Assembly (NCBI GenBank): GCA_030647555.1 | Contig: JAUSJG010000007.1 | Coordinates: 36,169-100,168 of the forward strand | Origin: a bacterium | Lineage (GTDB): Bacteria; Patescibacteriota; Andersenbacteria; UBA10190; CAIZMI01 | Length of the DNA: 64,000 bases | Direction of reading: 5' to 3' | Shown here: positions 29,513 through 39,844 of the stretch, one piece after another | Layout of the letters: every line of letters starts with the position of its first letter | Position numbering within the stretch: position 1 is the stretch's first letter | The notes under the pieces: model-generated | What the model was told of the DNA's origin: nothing | The model's database searches: none | The model's input: the letters and a program-made list of their open reading frames with translations, nothing else | Position numbers and translations under genes: made by a program

Positions 29513-29899
29513 TTATTTCATAGACACATCTACACCTGCCGGGATTTGCAGGCTCTGCAACGCGTCTACCGTCTTGGGTGTAAAGTTTTGAATATCGATG
29601 AGGCGCTTGTGGACGCGAATCTCATACTGATCACGCGCGTCTTTGTGCACAAACGTTGAGCTGTTCACCGTGTAACGCTTCCGTTCTGTTGGAAGCGGTA
29701 CCGGACCAAAAACGCGGGCTCCGGTTCTGATCACCGTATCGGCAATTTGCTTTGCCGATTGATCCACGAGCTTGTAATCATAAGCCTTGATCTTGATGCG
29801 AATTCTCGGCCCCGTTTGTTCCGGAGTGACAGCCACGGCTTCCGCCACAACCTCATCCGTAACATCTTTGGCGTCGTCAATTATTTCGTCCGTAGGCAT
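29513..29899 (-). CDS. rpsJ: 30S ribosomal protein uS10 (acidic N-terminal extension)
   Basis: [23 protein letters not shown]. Confidence 0.97.
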   Translation of the reverse strand: MPTDEIIDDAKDVTDEVVAEAVAVTPEQTGPRIRIKIKAYDYKLVDQSAKQIADTVIRTGARVFGPVPLPTERKRYTVNSSTFVHKDARDQYEIRVHKRLIDIQNFTPKTVDALQSLQIPAGVDVSMK

Positions 29900-29925
29900 G
29901 ATATTAAGGTGCAGTAATTAACAAA

Positions 29926-31131
29926 TTATTTGAGAATCTTGGTAACGATACCGGCACCGACTGTGCGACCACCTTCACGGATAGCAAAACGCATTTGTTG
30001 TTCCATGGCTACTTCCTTAATCAATGTTACAACACCCTTCACTGTGTCACCCGGCATAACCATTTCCGTACCTTCCGGTAAAGCGACTTCTCCTGTTACA
30101 TCCGTTGTGCGGATATAAAATTGCGGTTTGTAGCCCTTGAAGAACGGCGTGTGACGTCCGCCTTCATCTTTTGTCAAAACGTAGATTTCACATTCAAATT
30201 GAGAGTGAGGCGTGATGGATCCCGGCTTGGCCAAAACTTGACCACGCTCGACATCTTCTTTCTTTGTGCCACGGAGCAAGACACCGGCGTTATCTCCGGC
30301 CAAACCTTCGTCCAAAGTTTTGTTGAACATTTCAATACCGGTAACAATCGACTTGGCGGTTGGACGCAAACCAACGATTTCTACTTCATCGTTTGTGTGC
30401 ACCTTTCCTCTTTCAATACGACCGGTAACAACTGTTCCGCGACCTTCAATGGAGAAAATATCTTCAATGGAGAGCAAAAACGGTTGATCAATGGCGCGAA
30501 CGGGTTCCGGAATGGCTTCGTCCAAAGCAGCAACCAAATCGTAAACGGATTTTGCACCCGGATCTTCCGCGGAAGTGGCCTTCAACGCTTGCAAGGCGGA
30601 TCCGCGAATGACTCTGGCCTTTTCGCCATCATAATGATACTTGGAAAGAATTTCGCGCACTTCGGCTTCCACCAAATCAACCAATTCCGGATCATCCACC
30701 GCGTCAACTTTGTTTAAGAAAACGACAATTTCCGGAACACCAATTTGGTACGCAAGCAAAACGTGTTCACGAGTTTGTGGCATTGGACCGTCAATAGCCG
30801 ATACGACCAAAATTGCGCCGTCCATTTGCGCGGCACCGGTGATCATGTTCTTGACATAATCAGCGTGGCCAGGACAGTCAACGTGGGCATAATGACGCTT
30901 TTCCGAGGAATATTCGGTGTGCGCGGTAGCGATTGTTAAAATTTTAGTCGGATCACGACGACCTTCTTTTTCAGAAGCTTTTGCGATATCATCGTAACTT
31001 CGATCTGTCGCCAAACCCTTAAGGGACATAACGTGCGTCAACGCTGCGGTTAAGGTTGTCTTTCCGTGATCAACGTGACCAATGGTCCCGACGTTAATGT
31101 GCGGCTTATTTCTCTCAAACTTTTCTGCCAT
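29926..31131 (-). CDS. tuf: Elongation factor Tu
   Basis: [24 protein letters not shown]; AAGGAG SD. Confidence 0.99.
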   Translation of the reverse strand: MAEKFERNKPHINVGTIGHVDHGKTTLTAALTHVMSLKGLATDRSYDDIAKASEKEGRRDPTKILTIATAHTEYSSEKRHYAHVDCPGHADYVKNMITGAAQMDGAILVVSAIDGPMPQTREHVLLAYQIGVPEIVVFLNKVDAVDDPELVDLVEAEVREILSKYHYDGEKARVIRGSALQALKATSAEDPGAKSVYDLVAALDEAIPEPVRAIDQPFLLSIEDIFSIEGRGTVVTGRIERGKVHTNDEVEIVGLRPTAKSIVTGIEMFNKTLDEGLAGDNAGVLLRGTKKEDVERGQVLAKPGSITPHSQFECEIYVLTKDEGGRHTPFFKGYKPQFYIRTTDVTGEVALPEGTEMVMPGDTVKGVVTLIKEVAMEQQMRFAIREGGRTVGAGIVTKILK

Positions 31132-31284
31132 AATGTTTTTCTCCTTGAAAATTAAGATTATTTAGACTTGTACCGCTACAACCTTACAATTTCCGAACTA
31201 CCAGGAATTATATAAGTTGACGCGATAGTAGTGACAGCACGACTGTAACAAAAAGCAACGATTTATGCAAATTTTTCGTTAATT

Positions 31285-33405
31285 TTAGTTTCCGACGCGA
31301 TGCTTTTTGCCCGACCGACCCTCGGTTACCTCTTTTGCTACGTTCGTGGGCACTGCTTCGTAGCGATTAAACTCCATTGTATAACTTGCGCGACCTTGTG
31401 TCATTGAACGCAACGACGTCGCGTAACCAAACATCGTCGCCAACGGCACAAAGGCATCAATCACCTTAACATTCATACGGTCGTTCATCCCTACAACTTG
31501 ACCGCGACGCGCGTTAAGATCTCCCACAACGTCACCCATATAATCTTCCGGCGTAGTGACTTCAACTTTCATAATCGGTTCGAGAAGGACCGGGTTAGCA
31601 GCCTTAACGGCTTCTTGAAAAGCTTTGCTACCGGCAATTTTGAAAGCGGCTTCGGAAGAATCGACATCGTGGTAAGAACCATCAAAAAGCGTCACAACAA
31701 CATCGATTGTCGGATAACCCGCCAACACGCCGGAATCGGAAGCTTCTTTTACGCCCTTTTCAATGGCCGGCACAAACTCTTGCGGAATAACGCCACCTTT
31801 AATTTCACTGACAAACTCCACGCCCTTCCCGCGTTCGAGTGGCGCGACGCGCAACCAACAGTGACCATATTGACCACGTCCACCGGACTGACGAATATAT
31901 TTTCCTTCCGCTTCCGCCGAACCGAGAATTGTTTCTTTGTAGGCCACTTGCGGGGCGCCAACATTGGCTTCCACGCCGAATTCGCGACGCATCCGATCAA
32001 CGATAATTTCCAAGTGCAATTCACCCATACCGGCAATAATCAACTGCGATGTTTCAATGTCGGTACTGATACGGAAAGTTGGATCTTCATCAGACAATTT
32101 CTTAAGCGCCATACCCATCTTTTCCTGATCGGCCTTGGTTTTTGGTTCGATGGCAATCCGAATAACCGGTTCCGGAAATGTAATGCGTTCCAACATAATC
32201 GGGTTTTCCTCGTCACACAAAGTGTCACCGGTTGTGGTGTGTTTCATTCCAATCAACGCGCCAATATTTCCCGCGGAAAGACTTTGCACTTCTTCACGCT
32301 TATCGGCATGAATCCGCAAAATTCGACTAATACGTTCCTTTTCGTTGGCATTTGCATTCAAAACGTATGTTCCGGTATTGATATTTCCGGAATAAACACG
32401 GAAAAAAGTAAGCTGACCGACATAGGGATCGGTGGCCACTTTAAAAGCCAGGGCCGTAAACGGTTCGGTGACATCGGGATGACGTTCAATTTTTACTTCC
32501 GGATCATCAATGTCGGTACCCATAATTGCCGGAACATCCATCGGTGATGGCAGAAGTTCGATCACCGCGTCCAAAGCAAATTGCACGCCTTTGTTTTTTA
32601 AAGCAGAACCGCATAAAACGGGAACCACTTTATAGGCAATCACGGCACGACGCAACGCGGAATGCAATTCTTCATAGTTCATTGTTTCACCGGCCAGATA
32701 TTTTTCGGTTAATGCATCATCGCTTTCGGCGATTTTTTCCACAAACTTATTGCGCCATTCTTCGGCTTGCGCTTTTTGGTTTTCCGGAATGGGAATTTCG
32801 ACGATTGTTTCACCGTGCGGACCATCAAAACGAAATGCTTTTAGTTTTAACAAATCGATGACACCGGAAAAATCTCCCTCACTGCCAATTGGCAAAAAGG
32901 CCGGTATCGCGTTTGGCGTTAAACGAAGAAGAATACTTTCGTAAGAACGGAAAAAATCCGCGCCTGTGCGGTCTAACTTATTGATGAAACAAACGCGCGG
33001 TACTTTGTATTTATCGGCTTGACGCCAAACTGTTTCACTCTGTGGTTCCACGCCGGCAACACCATCAAACACAACAACCGCGCCGTCCAAAACACGCAAA
33101 CTACGTTCCACTTCCGCGGTAAAATCAACGTGCCCGGGAGTATCGATCAAATTCAGACGAAAACCTTTCCAAAAACAAGTGGTGGCGGCCGAAGTGATTG
33201 TAATACCGCGCTCGCGTTCTTGTTCCATCCAATCCATTACCGTTTCACCTTCGTGCACTTCCCCGATTTTGTGAGAAATACCGGTATAAAAAAGCACACG
33301 TTCCGACATCGTGGTTTTACCGGCATCAATGTGCGCTACAATGCCGAAATTTCTAATCTTTTCGATTGGAATCGCGACGGAAAATTGATCGTCTTTTTCG
33401 GGCAT
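31285..33405 (-). CDS. fusA: Elongation factor G
   Basis: [31 protein letters not shown]. Confidence 0.99.
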   Translation of the reverse strand: MPEKDDQFSVAIPIEKIRNFGIVAHIDAGKTTMSERVLFYTGISHKIGEVHEGETVMDWMEQERERGITITSAATTCFWKGFRLNLIDTPGHVDFTAEVERSLRVLDGAVVVFDGVAGVEPQSETVWRQADKYKVPRVCFINKLDRTGADFFRSYESILLRLTPNAIPAFLPIGSEGDFSGVIDLLKLKAFRFDGPHGETIVEIPIPENQKAQAEEWRNKFVEKIAESDDALTEKYLAGETMNYEELHSALRRAVIAYKVVPVLCGSALKNKGVQFALDAVIELLPSPMDVPAIMGTDIDDPEVKIERHPDVTEPFTALAFKVATDPYVGQLTFFRVYSGNINTGTYVLNANANEKERISRILRIHADKREEVQSLSAGNIGALIGMKHTTTGDTLCDEENPIMLERITFPEPVIRIAIEPKTKADQEKMGMALKKLSDEDPTFRISTDIETSQLIIAGMGELHLEIIVDRMRREFGVEANVGAPQVAYKETILGSAEAEGKYIRQSGGRGQYGHCWLRVAPLERGKGVEFVSEIKGGVIPQEFVPAIEKGVKEASDSGVLAGYPTIDVVVTLFDGSYHDVDSSEAAFKIAGSKAFQEAVKAANPVLLEPIMKVEVTTPEDYMGDVVGDLNARRGQVVGMNDRMNVKVIDAFVPLATMFGYATSLRSMTQGRASYTMEFNRYEAVPTNVAKEVTEGRSGKKHRVGN

Positions 33406-33420
33406 TTGATGTTGTTTGCG

Positions 33421-33477
33421 CTAATAATTAAATTTTGTTCTTCTTTTTGATGCATTCCGAGTTTTTCTCGGAAACAT
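33421..33477 (-). CDS. Mini bridge sORF (18 aa MFPRKTRNASKRRTKFNY), between rpsG and fusA
   Basis: ATG 9 nt after the rpsG stop; TAG 15 nt before the fusA ATG; contains hairpin TTCCGAG-AAAAA-CTCGGAA. Confidence 0.3.
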   Translation of the reverse strand: MFPRKTRNASKRRTKFNY

Positions 33478-33486
33478 TTTATCTTC

Positions 33487-33957
33487 TTAGAAGTTGAAAT
33501 GCGAGAACGCCTTGTTTGCTTCGGCCATTCTGTGCACTTCGTCGCGCTTCTTAATCGCGCCACCCTCTTTTTTCGCGGCATCCAAAAGCTCGGCCGCCAA
33601 TTTATCAAAAAACTTAATTCCATTTCGGTCGCGTGTGGCTTGAATAATCCAACGCATTGCCAAGGTGAGTCGACGTTCCGCGCGCACTTCCATCGCGATT
33701 TGGTAGTTCGCACCACCAACGCGCTTGGCTCGCACCTCCAAAACGGGAGAAACGTTGCGAATCGCATTATCAAAAATACTCAATGGATCTTGTTTGGTTG
33801 TTTCGCTGATGACGTCAAAGGCATCATAAACAATCGATCTGGCCAAAGTTTTTTTGCCACCCTTCATTAGATGGTTGGCAAAACGCTCAATCATAACGTT
33901 TCCAAACTTTGGGTCTGGGAGAATTTCGCGACGGGTTTTAATAGCTCTTCGTGGCAT
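33487..33957 (-). CDS. rpsG: 30S ribosomal protein uS7
   Basis: RVGGANYQ, HRMAEANKAF. Confidence 0.98.
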   Translation of the reverse strand: MPRRAIKTRREILPDPKFGNVMIERFANHLMKGGKKTLARSIVYDAFDVISETTKQDPLSIFDNAIRNVSPVLEVRAKRVGGANYQIAMEVRAERRLTLAMRWIIQATRDRNGIKFFDKLAAELLDAAKKEGGAIKKRDEVHRMAEANKAFSHFNF

Positions 33958-33970
33958 GGGGGGAGTATAT

Positions 33971-34213
33971 TTAAATTAAACTATTTTCACAAGTTAATTT
34001 TACGCCGGATGGTAATGTGTTTTTAAGAAGCCCCCAAATTTTCAATTTCCAATTACCAATTTTCAAATAATTATCAATTCCAAAATTTTCAAACAACGAC
34101 GCGACGTTCCGTTTTGATAATTGCCCGCCACATCGGCGGGTCCGCCTGCTGGCGGAATAATTAGCAAGCTTGCTGATACCGGCCGAAATTCTATTTTTTA
34201 GAAATAATTTCAT
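33971..34213 (-). CDS. Bridge sORF, family 2 (80 aa MKLFLKN...CENSLI), between rpsL and rpsG
   Basis: ATG 13 nt after the rpsL stop; TAA 13 nt before the rpsG ATG. Confidence 0.5.
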   Translation of the reverse strand: MKLFLKNRISAGISKLANYSASRRTRRCGGQLSKRNVASLFENFGIDNYLKIGNWKLKIWGLLKNTLPSGVKLTCENSLI

Positions 34214-34226
34214 AGGTAAGAAATAT

Positions 34227-34655
34227 CTACTTCTTTTTGTCTGATGGTTTTTTTGTTCCATAAATGGAACGACCGCGACGACGCGTTTCCACACCTTGCG
34301 TATCGAGGACGCCACGGACAACACGATAACGGACGCCGTTCAAATCTTTGACGCGACCACCACGAACCAAAACAACAGAATGTTCTTGCAAGTTATGCCC
34401 TTCACCCGGGATGTGAGCGGTAATTTCCATCCCATTGGTCAAACGCACGCGGGCAATTTTACGCAAAGCGGAATTTGGTTTGCGAGGAGTTTGCGTTCTT
34501 ACCTGAATACAAACGCCCCGCTTAAACGGGCTACCCTTAGAAAGATAGACCGGACGATTTTTCAAAACATTGAACATTTTTCCCAAAGCTGGGACACGAG
34601 ATTTTTTTACGGCTTGCTTGCGGGGTTTTCTGATTAACTGATTAATTGTTGGCAT
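34227..34655 (-). CDS. rpsL: 30S ribosomal protein uS12
   Basis: [24 protein letters not shown]. Confidence 0.98.
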   Translation of the reverse strand: MPTINQLIRKPRKQAVKKSRVPALGKMFNVLKNRPVYLSKGSPFKRGVCIQVRTQTPRKPNSALRKIARVRLTNGMEITAHIPGEGHNLQEHSVVLVRGGRVKDLNGVRYRVVRGVLDTQGVETRRRGRSIYGTKKPSDKKK

Positions 34656-34963
34656 TGATGGCAATATAAATAGAGGATTCTTCGCAAAATCAAAAAGAAA
34701 TTGCGTGTCATAGGAACTTTACGGAAAGAACGAATTGCCGTCAAGAGGCCATTAACGTGAATGCTGAATAACGAATGATGAATGATGATGCGACGTGGAC
34801 AAAACATGCTTATTGGCCACCTGTCATCCTTTCCTCACAACAACTATCGATCAGAAACTCCGTCCGCAGGAATTTGCCTTTTTTCTATCTTTTATTATAA
34901 TCATCCCGCGTTCGTTACACAATTTCGCCAAATTTGGCAATCGCAACTTGAGGAGCCTGAACC

Positions 34964-35941
34964 ATGTCGACCGATTCAACAACAACAGAAACGATCACCC
35001 CTCCGCCAGTAGCAGATCCCACCAAAGAAACCGACCCGCGTTTCCCGCTTGAGCAAATTATCGGCACCGAACCGATGAAAGTTTGCAAAAATTGGGCAGA
35101 CTGGTTAGACGAGTGGCAAAGCGCGGGCTTCTTCCAACGACTTGGCCTGCTTGAAGTGGGCCTTTTGATGCCCAGGACTACACGCGAAGTGGTTTGTCAG
35201 CAATTTCGATTTTTCGTTACCCTCTCCGATTACAAAACAAGCAAAGAACCTTGTATACACAACGTAAGGGAGTGGGGGGCATTAAGCGCGAAAGCCTCGG
35301 AAATGCTGGTCCGAGAAGTATTCACCAACAACGCCGACAAATATTCCCAGCCATCATGGTCTTGGCTTTTGGACACTCCAGAGTTGTTCGAAACCGTGTT
35401 GTGGTACTTCCGACCAAGGTTTTCTACCAGACAAATCAATCTTGTGGCAATCGACTACACTGACTCCGACGAATCCAAAGCCATTATGCGTAAATTTTTG
35501 CGCGATTTTTGCCGGCTGGCTTGGACCGAAGAAAAATGTGAAAAGCGACCATGGCTCGCAGAAAAACGCCCACAGATGGTTCCCATCCTTTGCGGACTAG
35601 GCGGACCGGCAATTTGGGAAGCGACGGACCAGCACGGCGTAATCAGCTTCGATGACGAATGTCTGAAAGCGCTTGAGCAAACAGTTCTTTCCGTCAAGGT
35701 CACTTTGCCACGCGACTCGGTCTATCGGTTTCCCAAAAACGTCCAGGATTCCGTGAATTGTGGCGTCGAATGTGCCCGTGTCCTTCTTGTTCTTCAGGCG
35801 ATGGCCACAGAAGAACTTCGGTACACACAGATCGATGCCCACGAAGAACGAATTGCCGAATTGCGCGGACAAATGGGCCAACTACAAATGGAGCTCGCCG
35901 CTCTCGGAGGCGATCTGCCCGACGAAAAGCCAGGACAGTAA
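34964..35941 (+). CDS. Hypothetical protein
   Basis: 325-aa ORF with GAGGAG SD, C-terminal coiled coil and a downstream hairpin. Confidence 0.7.
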   Translation: MSTDSTTTETITPPPVADPTKETDPRFPLEQIIGTEPMKVCKNWADWLDEWQSAGFFQRLGLLEVGLLMPRTTREVVCQQFRFFVTLSDYKTSKEPCIHNVREWGALSAKASEMLVREVFTNNADKYSQPSWSWLLDTPELFETVLWYFRPRFSTRQINLVAIDYTDSDESKAIMRKFLRDFCRLAWTEEKCEKRPWLAEKRPQMVPILCGLGGPAIWEATDQHGVISFDDECLKALEQTVLSVKVTLPRDSVYRFPKNVQDSVNCGVECARVLLVLQAMATEELRYTQIDAHEERIAELRGQMGQLQMELAALGGDLPDEKPGQ

Positions 35942-35981
35942 TAACGACAACCGGAAGGTTAATCCTCTCCGGTTTTTTTAT

Positions 35982-36605
35982 TTACCCCAGGAAAATATGT
36001 AGGAAAAATTCTACAGGTAACCGCACGATTACATCCAAAATCAAACCGTTGGTTAAACTATCGATAATTAATAACCCAAGAAGATACATATAGCCCTGAC
36101 GTTCCATACTATAAAGCAAGCCGGCGTTGTTTTTAAAAATATAAGGCAAAATCGCCGAACCATCGAGCGGTGGTATGGGAATTAAATTAAACATCATTAA
36201 TACTAAATTAATGGTAATAATCGCAATAAATAATGTTTGCAAATTTGTGCCCGCCGGCAAAAAACGAAAAATTAACGCAAAAATACAAGCCGTGAGAAAA
36301 TTGGAAACCGGACCGGCCAAAGCAACCAGCAAGCGGTCACGAATCGGTTTTTTAAAATTATAAGGATTTATCGGCACCGGTTTGGCCCAACCAAAGATAA
36401 AGCCTGTCCCCGTCATTAAAAGAAGGCCCGGAATAAGAATAGAACCCACCGGATCGATATGTTTTAGCGGATTAAGACTAATTCGCCCTTCGATTCTAGC
36501 CGTAGGATCACCCAACTGATCCGCCACATAAGCGTGCGCGGACTCGTGAATGACGATGGCGAGGATAAAACCAATGATGGTGGCGAGGATAGTGAGGGTG
36601 ATCAT
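35982..36605 (-). CDS. Site-2 protease (peptidase M50)
   Basis: HESAH, AGPVSN, FNLIPIPPLDG. Confidence 0.92.
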   Translation of the reverse strand: MITLTILATIIGFILAIVIHESAHAYVADQLGDPTARIEGRISLNPLKHIDPVGSILIPGLLLMTGTGFIFGWAKPVPINPYNFKKPIRDRLLVALAGPVSNFLTACIFALIFRFLPAGTNLQTLFIAIITINLVLMMFNLIPIPPLDGSAILPYIFKNNAGLLYSMERQGYMYLLGLLIIDSLTNGLILDVIVRLPVEFFLHIFLG

Positions 36606-36889
36606 GGATGGATTATAGCACAAAGTTTGATAAAAACTTGTGTTTTAAATTTTCAATCTCGTTCCAATGATTTTAACAACTAAATTATCAATTTTCAATG
36701 ACCAATTTTCAATTAATGATCAATTCTTAAATTATCAAAAGACGGCGTCATAATTGATAATTGAGCCCTTGATAATTAATTGAAAATTGGTCATTGAAAA
36801 TTGATAATTTTGTCGTGGGACTACTTTTCTTGCCTAAATCACGTCTCCGTGTTAAATTCCTTCAGTATTTAATTCTATTCCCCATCCCT

Positions 36890-37069
36890 ATGATGAAAGT
36901 TTGCCAGCGTTGCGAGAAGAAAACCCAATCTTCTTTTAGCCGAAGCCACTCGAATATCGCTTCCAAGCGTCGCCAATACCCAAACTTGCAAAAGTGCAAA
37001 ATCGCCGGAATCCGGATGCTTTTGTGCGCGTCTTGTATCAAGATCGCCACAAAAGAAATGACGAAGTAA
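36890..37069 (+). CDS. rpmB: 50S ribosomal protein bL28
   Basis: VCQRCEK..SHSNIASKRRQYPNLQ..LCASCIK. Confidence 0.9.
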   Translation: MMKVCQRCEKKTQSSFSRSHSNIASKRRQYPNLQKCKIAGIRMLLCASCIKIATKEMTK

Positions 37070-37136
37070 AAATCTATTTTTTAAAGAAAACCATCCCCGC
37101 GTCCGCCAACTGACAGAGCGAGGATCTTGGTAAAAA

Positions 37137-37904
37137 TCATGCCGGACTAACTTCCGACGACTTTGTTATTTTCTTTTCAATTAATTCCGGAAATCGATTG
37201 TTTGTAATATCAAAAACTGTAATCTCAAGGAAATTAAGCTTAAGATGATTAACAATATCGTACTTACGCTTGACGTTATTGTCATATTTTTTGTTTGCCC
37301 CCTTCAAGCCAAAATATTCAATGAACAACCCATGATCTGGCAAATAAAAATCTGTATTAAGCTTTGATGACGGATAGTTTATATTTCGTTCATGTTTAAT
37401 TTTGCGATCATATAACCAGTCATCGATAATTTTTTCAGTAAAAGAATCACACCAGTGCCCATCTTTTGCAAGCATACGCTTCGTAAACTTTTCCGGATTT
37501 GGAACAAACCCTGCGGCAACAATTGCGTTATTCCAACTACCGAAAAACTTCTTACAAATTCTAAATTTGTTGAGTTCATATTTCAGCGGAATACATCCAT
37601 TTTTCTCATGAAATTCCTTGATCAGGCGCAAGATATCAGTCTTGTTGAATTTAATTTTGAACTGGTATTTTCTCAAACGAATTCTTGCTTTTCTTTTTTC
37701 TTCCAGTGTCCACTTATGAGCCTTTAATTTATGCCGTTCTTCAATCGCGATTTTCTGATCAAATGAAACATTAATTCCCTTTGTCCACAAAAATGCAGAA
37801 CCATTGCTGATTTTTAGCTTATGAGCAATTTCACGGTGCGTGTAACCTTCTGTTCGCAACCGCCTGGCACTATCTTTGGTGATAATTGTGTACATTTGCC
37901 CCAA
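37137..37904 (-). CDS. HTH + homing-endonuclease-associated repeat + PD-(D/E)XK-like nuclease
   Basis: EIAHKLKIS HTH; FGSWNNAIVAAG repeat; DGH..DS..E..ID, DFYLP..IEYFG. Confidence 0.7.
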   Translation of the reverse strand: MGQMYTIITKDSARRLRTEGYTHREIAHKLKISNGSAFLWTKGINVSFDQKIAIEERHKLKAHKWTLEEKRKARIRLRKYQFKIKFNKTDILRLIKEFHEKNGCIPLKYELNKFRICKKFFGSWNNAIVAAGFVPNPEKFTKRMLAKDGHWCDSFTEKIIDDWLYDRKIKHERNINYPSSKLNTDFYLPDHGLFIEYFGLKGANKKYDNNVKRKYDIVNHLKLNFLEITVFDITNNRFPELIEKKITKSSEVSPA

Positions 37905-37957
37905 TTAAATATTTTTTTATTGCAATAGAGTTCATTAGCCCTGATACTATTATAGTT

Positions 37958-38028
37958 CGGGGTGTCGTATAGTGGTAGTACATGCCCATGGGGTGGGTAG
38001 AGCCCGGTTTCGATTACCGGCGTCCCGA
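37958..38028 (+). tRNA. tRNA-Pro(GGG), CCA not encoded
   Basis: Cloverleaf: CGGGGTG/CGTCCCG acceptor, TGCCC-ATGGGGT-GGGTA anticodon arm, CCGGT-TTCGATT-ACCGG T arm. Confidence 0.9.
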
Positions 38029-38151
38029 CGATAAAAAAAGAACAGCCTGTGGCTGTTCTTTTTTTGAGTCCGGCGCTGAAAGCGCCGTTACATCTGTCTA
38101 ACCTCATAAACCAACAAAAAAATACCCCGCCGTTGCTACGTGGGGCTTTGC

Positions 38152-38496
38152 TTATTGCTCTTCACTTTCTTCATTGCTCAGTGCGTCACGCATGCAAACA
38201 CGGAAAGGAGTAATCCAAAACCGATTAGGTGAACTAGCATACTCTTTTTCCGTACAATAACCCCGACGACCGTGAAGCTCCATCGTCCCGTCAATTTCGA
38301 GCGCGTCTCCGAGTTTAACTCGTTTGAGTAGTTCGCCAGCACCAACTGGCCGGCCGTCCGACAGATGCCAACTGGTCGCGTTTGAATCAACAATCATTCG
38401 CGCCAGCAAAGGTGGTTCACCGTCAATAGGAAGCACCAAAAATAATCCGCTAGGGTTCGCTTCCCTAACAACGGCTCTAACGTTTCTTAATTGCAT
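38152..38496 (-). CDS. Hypothetical protein
   Basis: 114-aa ORF with GGAG SD. Confidence 0.5.
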   Translation of the reverse strand: MQLRNVRAVVREANPSGLFLVLPIDGEPPLLARMIVDSNATSWHLSDGRPVGAGELLKRVKLGDALEIDGTMELHGRRGYCTEKEYASSPNRFWITPFRVCMRDALSNEESEEQ

Positions 38497-38678
38497 AACA
38501 GTGCTCCGAAAAAGTGTTGGGTAACGAACTAAAACATGATCGTATTAGCATATTTGTTTATTACTCGTCAATAATCAGCACCATTGTAAAAAAATATAAA
38601 ACCCGTTATGTTACCAAATAGTTATCAGAAAACGTTTTCTGATAGTTTTGTACGTTACCCAACTCTGGAGATCGAACC

Positions 38679-39791
38679 ATGAAAAAGACTGGACTGACTT
38701 ACGGTGGTGACGCCGGCATCAACTACGAAGACATGGATCCGTTCAAAATTGAGGCGCAAGAAGAAGGCCTGAAAGTCGCGCTCGCGTTGAACTTCCCGGA
38801 AATCACAAGAACGCGCGGAGAAAGTGCTTACGTTTCCGTGACACCCAAGGGGGAATTGCTAGCGCAAGTCGTCGAGGGTCTCGGTTCGGAAAATCAGGTA
38901 GCGGATTGGCTTTACGACAATCGTAGCCTCAACTTCTTCCGTGAGATCGGTTGGAGCAATACCGCCACGGCGCTCAACGACCTCATCACGACCGGTGCCG
39001 CACCATGGACTTACATGATGTTTCTCGCCGTCGGTGCCTCAAGTTGATTCCAAAACGAACGACGGCGACGCGCCATAATCGAAGGATGCAAACTTGCCTG
39101 TCTAAAAGCCGGATGTTCATATGGCGGTGGTGAATCGCAAACACTTACCGACGGACAAGTCAGCGAAAATTCCTTCGTCATGGCCGGCTCGGCAACCGGA
39201 GTGTTTGCGCGCGAAGACGACTTAATCGATCCAGACCGCATCACGGCGGGCGACTCAATCATCTTGGTCGATAGTTCCGGCGTCCACGATAACGGCATTT
39301 CTCTTCTACGGACAATCGCCAAACAGTTGCCTCAAGGATATGACACGCGACTTCCCGACGGTTTCCGGTTCGGACCGACAATTCTGAAAGCGACGTGCAT
39401 TTACGCGCCCTACATGGCCCGACTTCTCAACAATGGGATTGTTCCGCACTACGCTGTGTACATTTCCGGTCATGGCTGGTGCAAGCTGATGCGCGCGAAT
39501 CAGCCGTTTGAGTACGAAATCGACACGTTGCCTCAAGAACAACCCATATTCCCGTTTATTCAGACCGCCGGTCCGGTGACGACTCGCGACATGTATAAAA
39601 CCTTCAACATGGGTGCGGGATTGGCCCTGTACATCGCCCCCAAAGACGAAGAACTGGCGATCAGCCTGGCCGAACCCAGCGGTTGTACTGCTTTTCGTGG
39701 CGGTACAGTTCGCCAAAGCGACAAAAAACGGGTTTCAATTTTGCCGCTCGACATTCGGTTCGACGAATCAGATCTCCAAATCCGTTGCTAG
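38679..39791 (+). pseudogene. purM: AIR synthetase (PurM) interrupted by one in-frame TGA at 39045-39047
   Basis: Two ORFs in the same frame; EGLG, NDLIT.GA.P, GGES, SSGVHDNG, TFNMGAG. Confidence 0.8.
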
Positions 39792-39844
39792 TCCAAAGAC
39801 GACAGCAACAATAAGTCACGAATCGGTCCGCCGGTTCGTTTTTT

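Noticed and set aside
31498-32547. 349-aa plus-strand ORF and other long antisense ORFs (14044-14673, 30121-30717, 48881-49777)
   Set aside because: Shadow frames of conserved minus-strand genes, with no motifs.
38679-39791. Genetic code 25 or 4 (TGA as sense)
   Set aside because: TGA terminates several conserved genes and only one internal TGA was seen.
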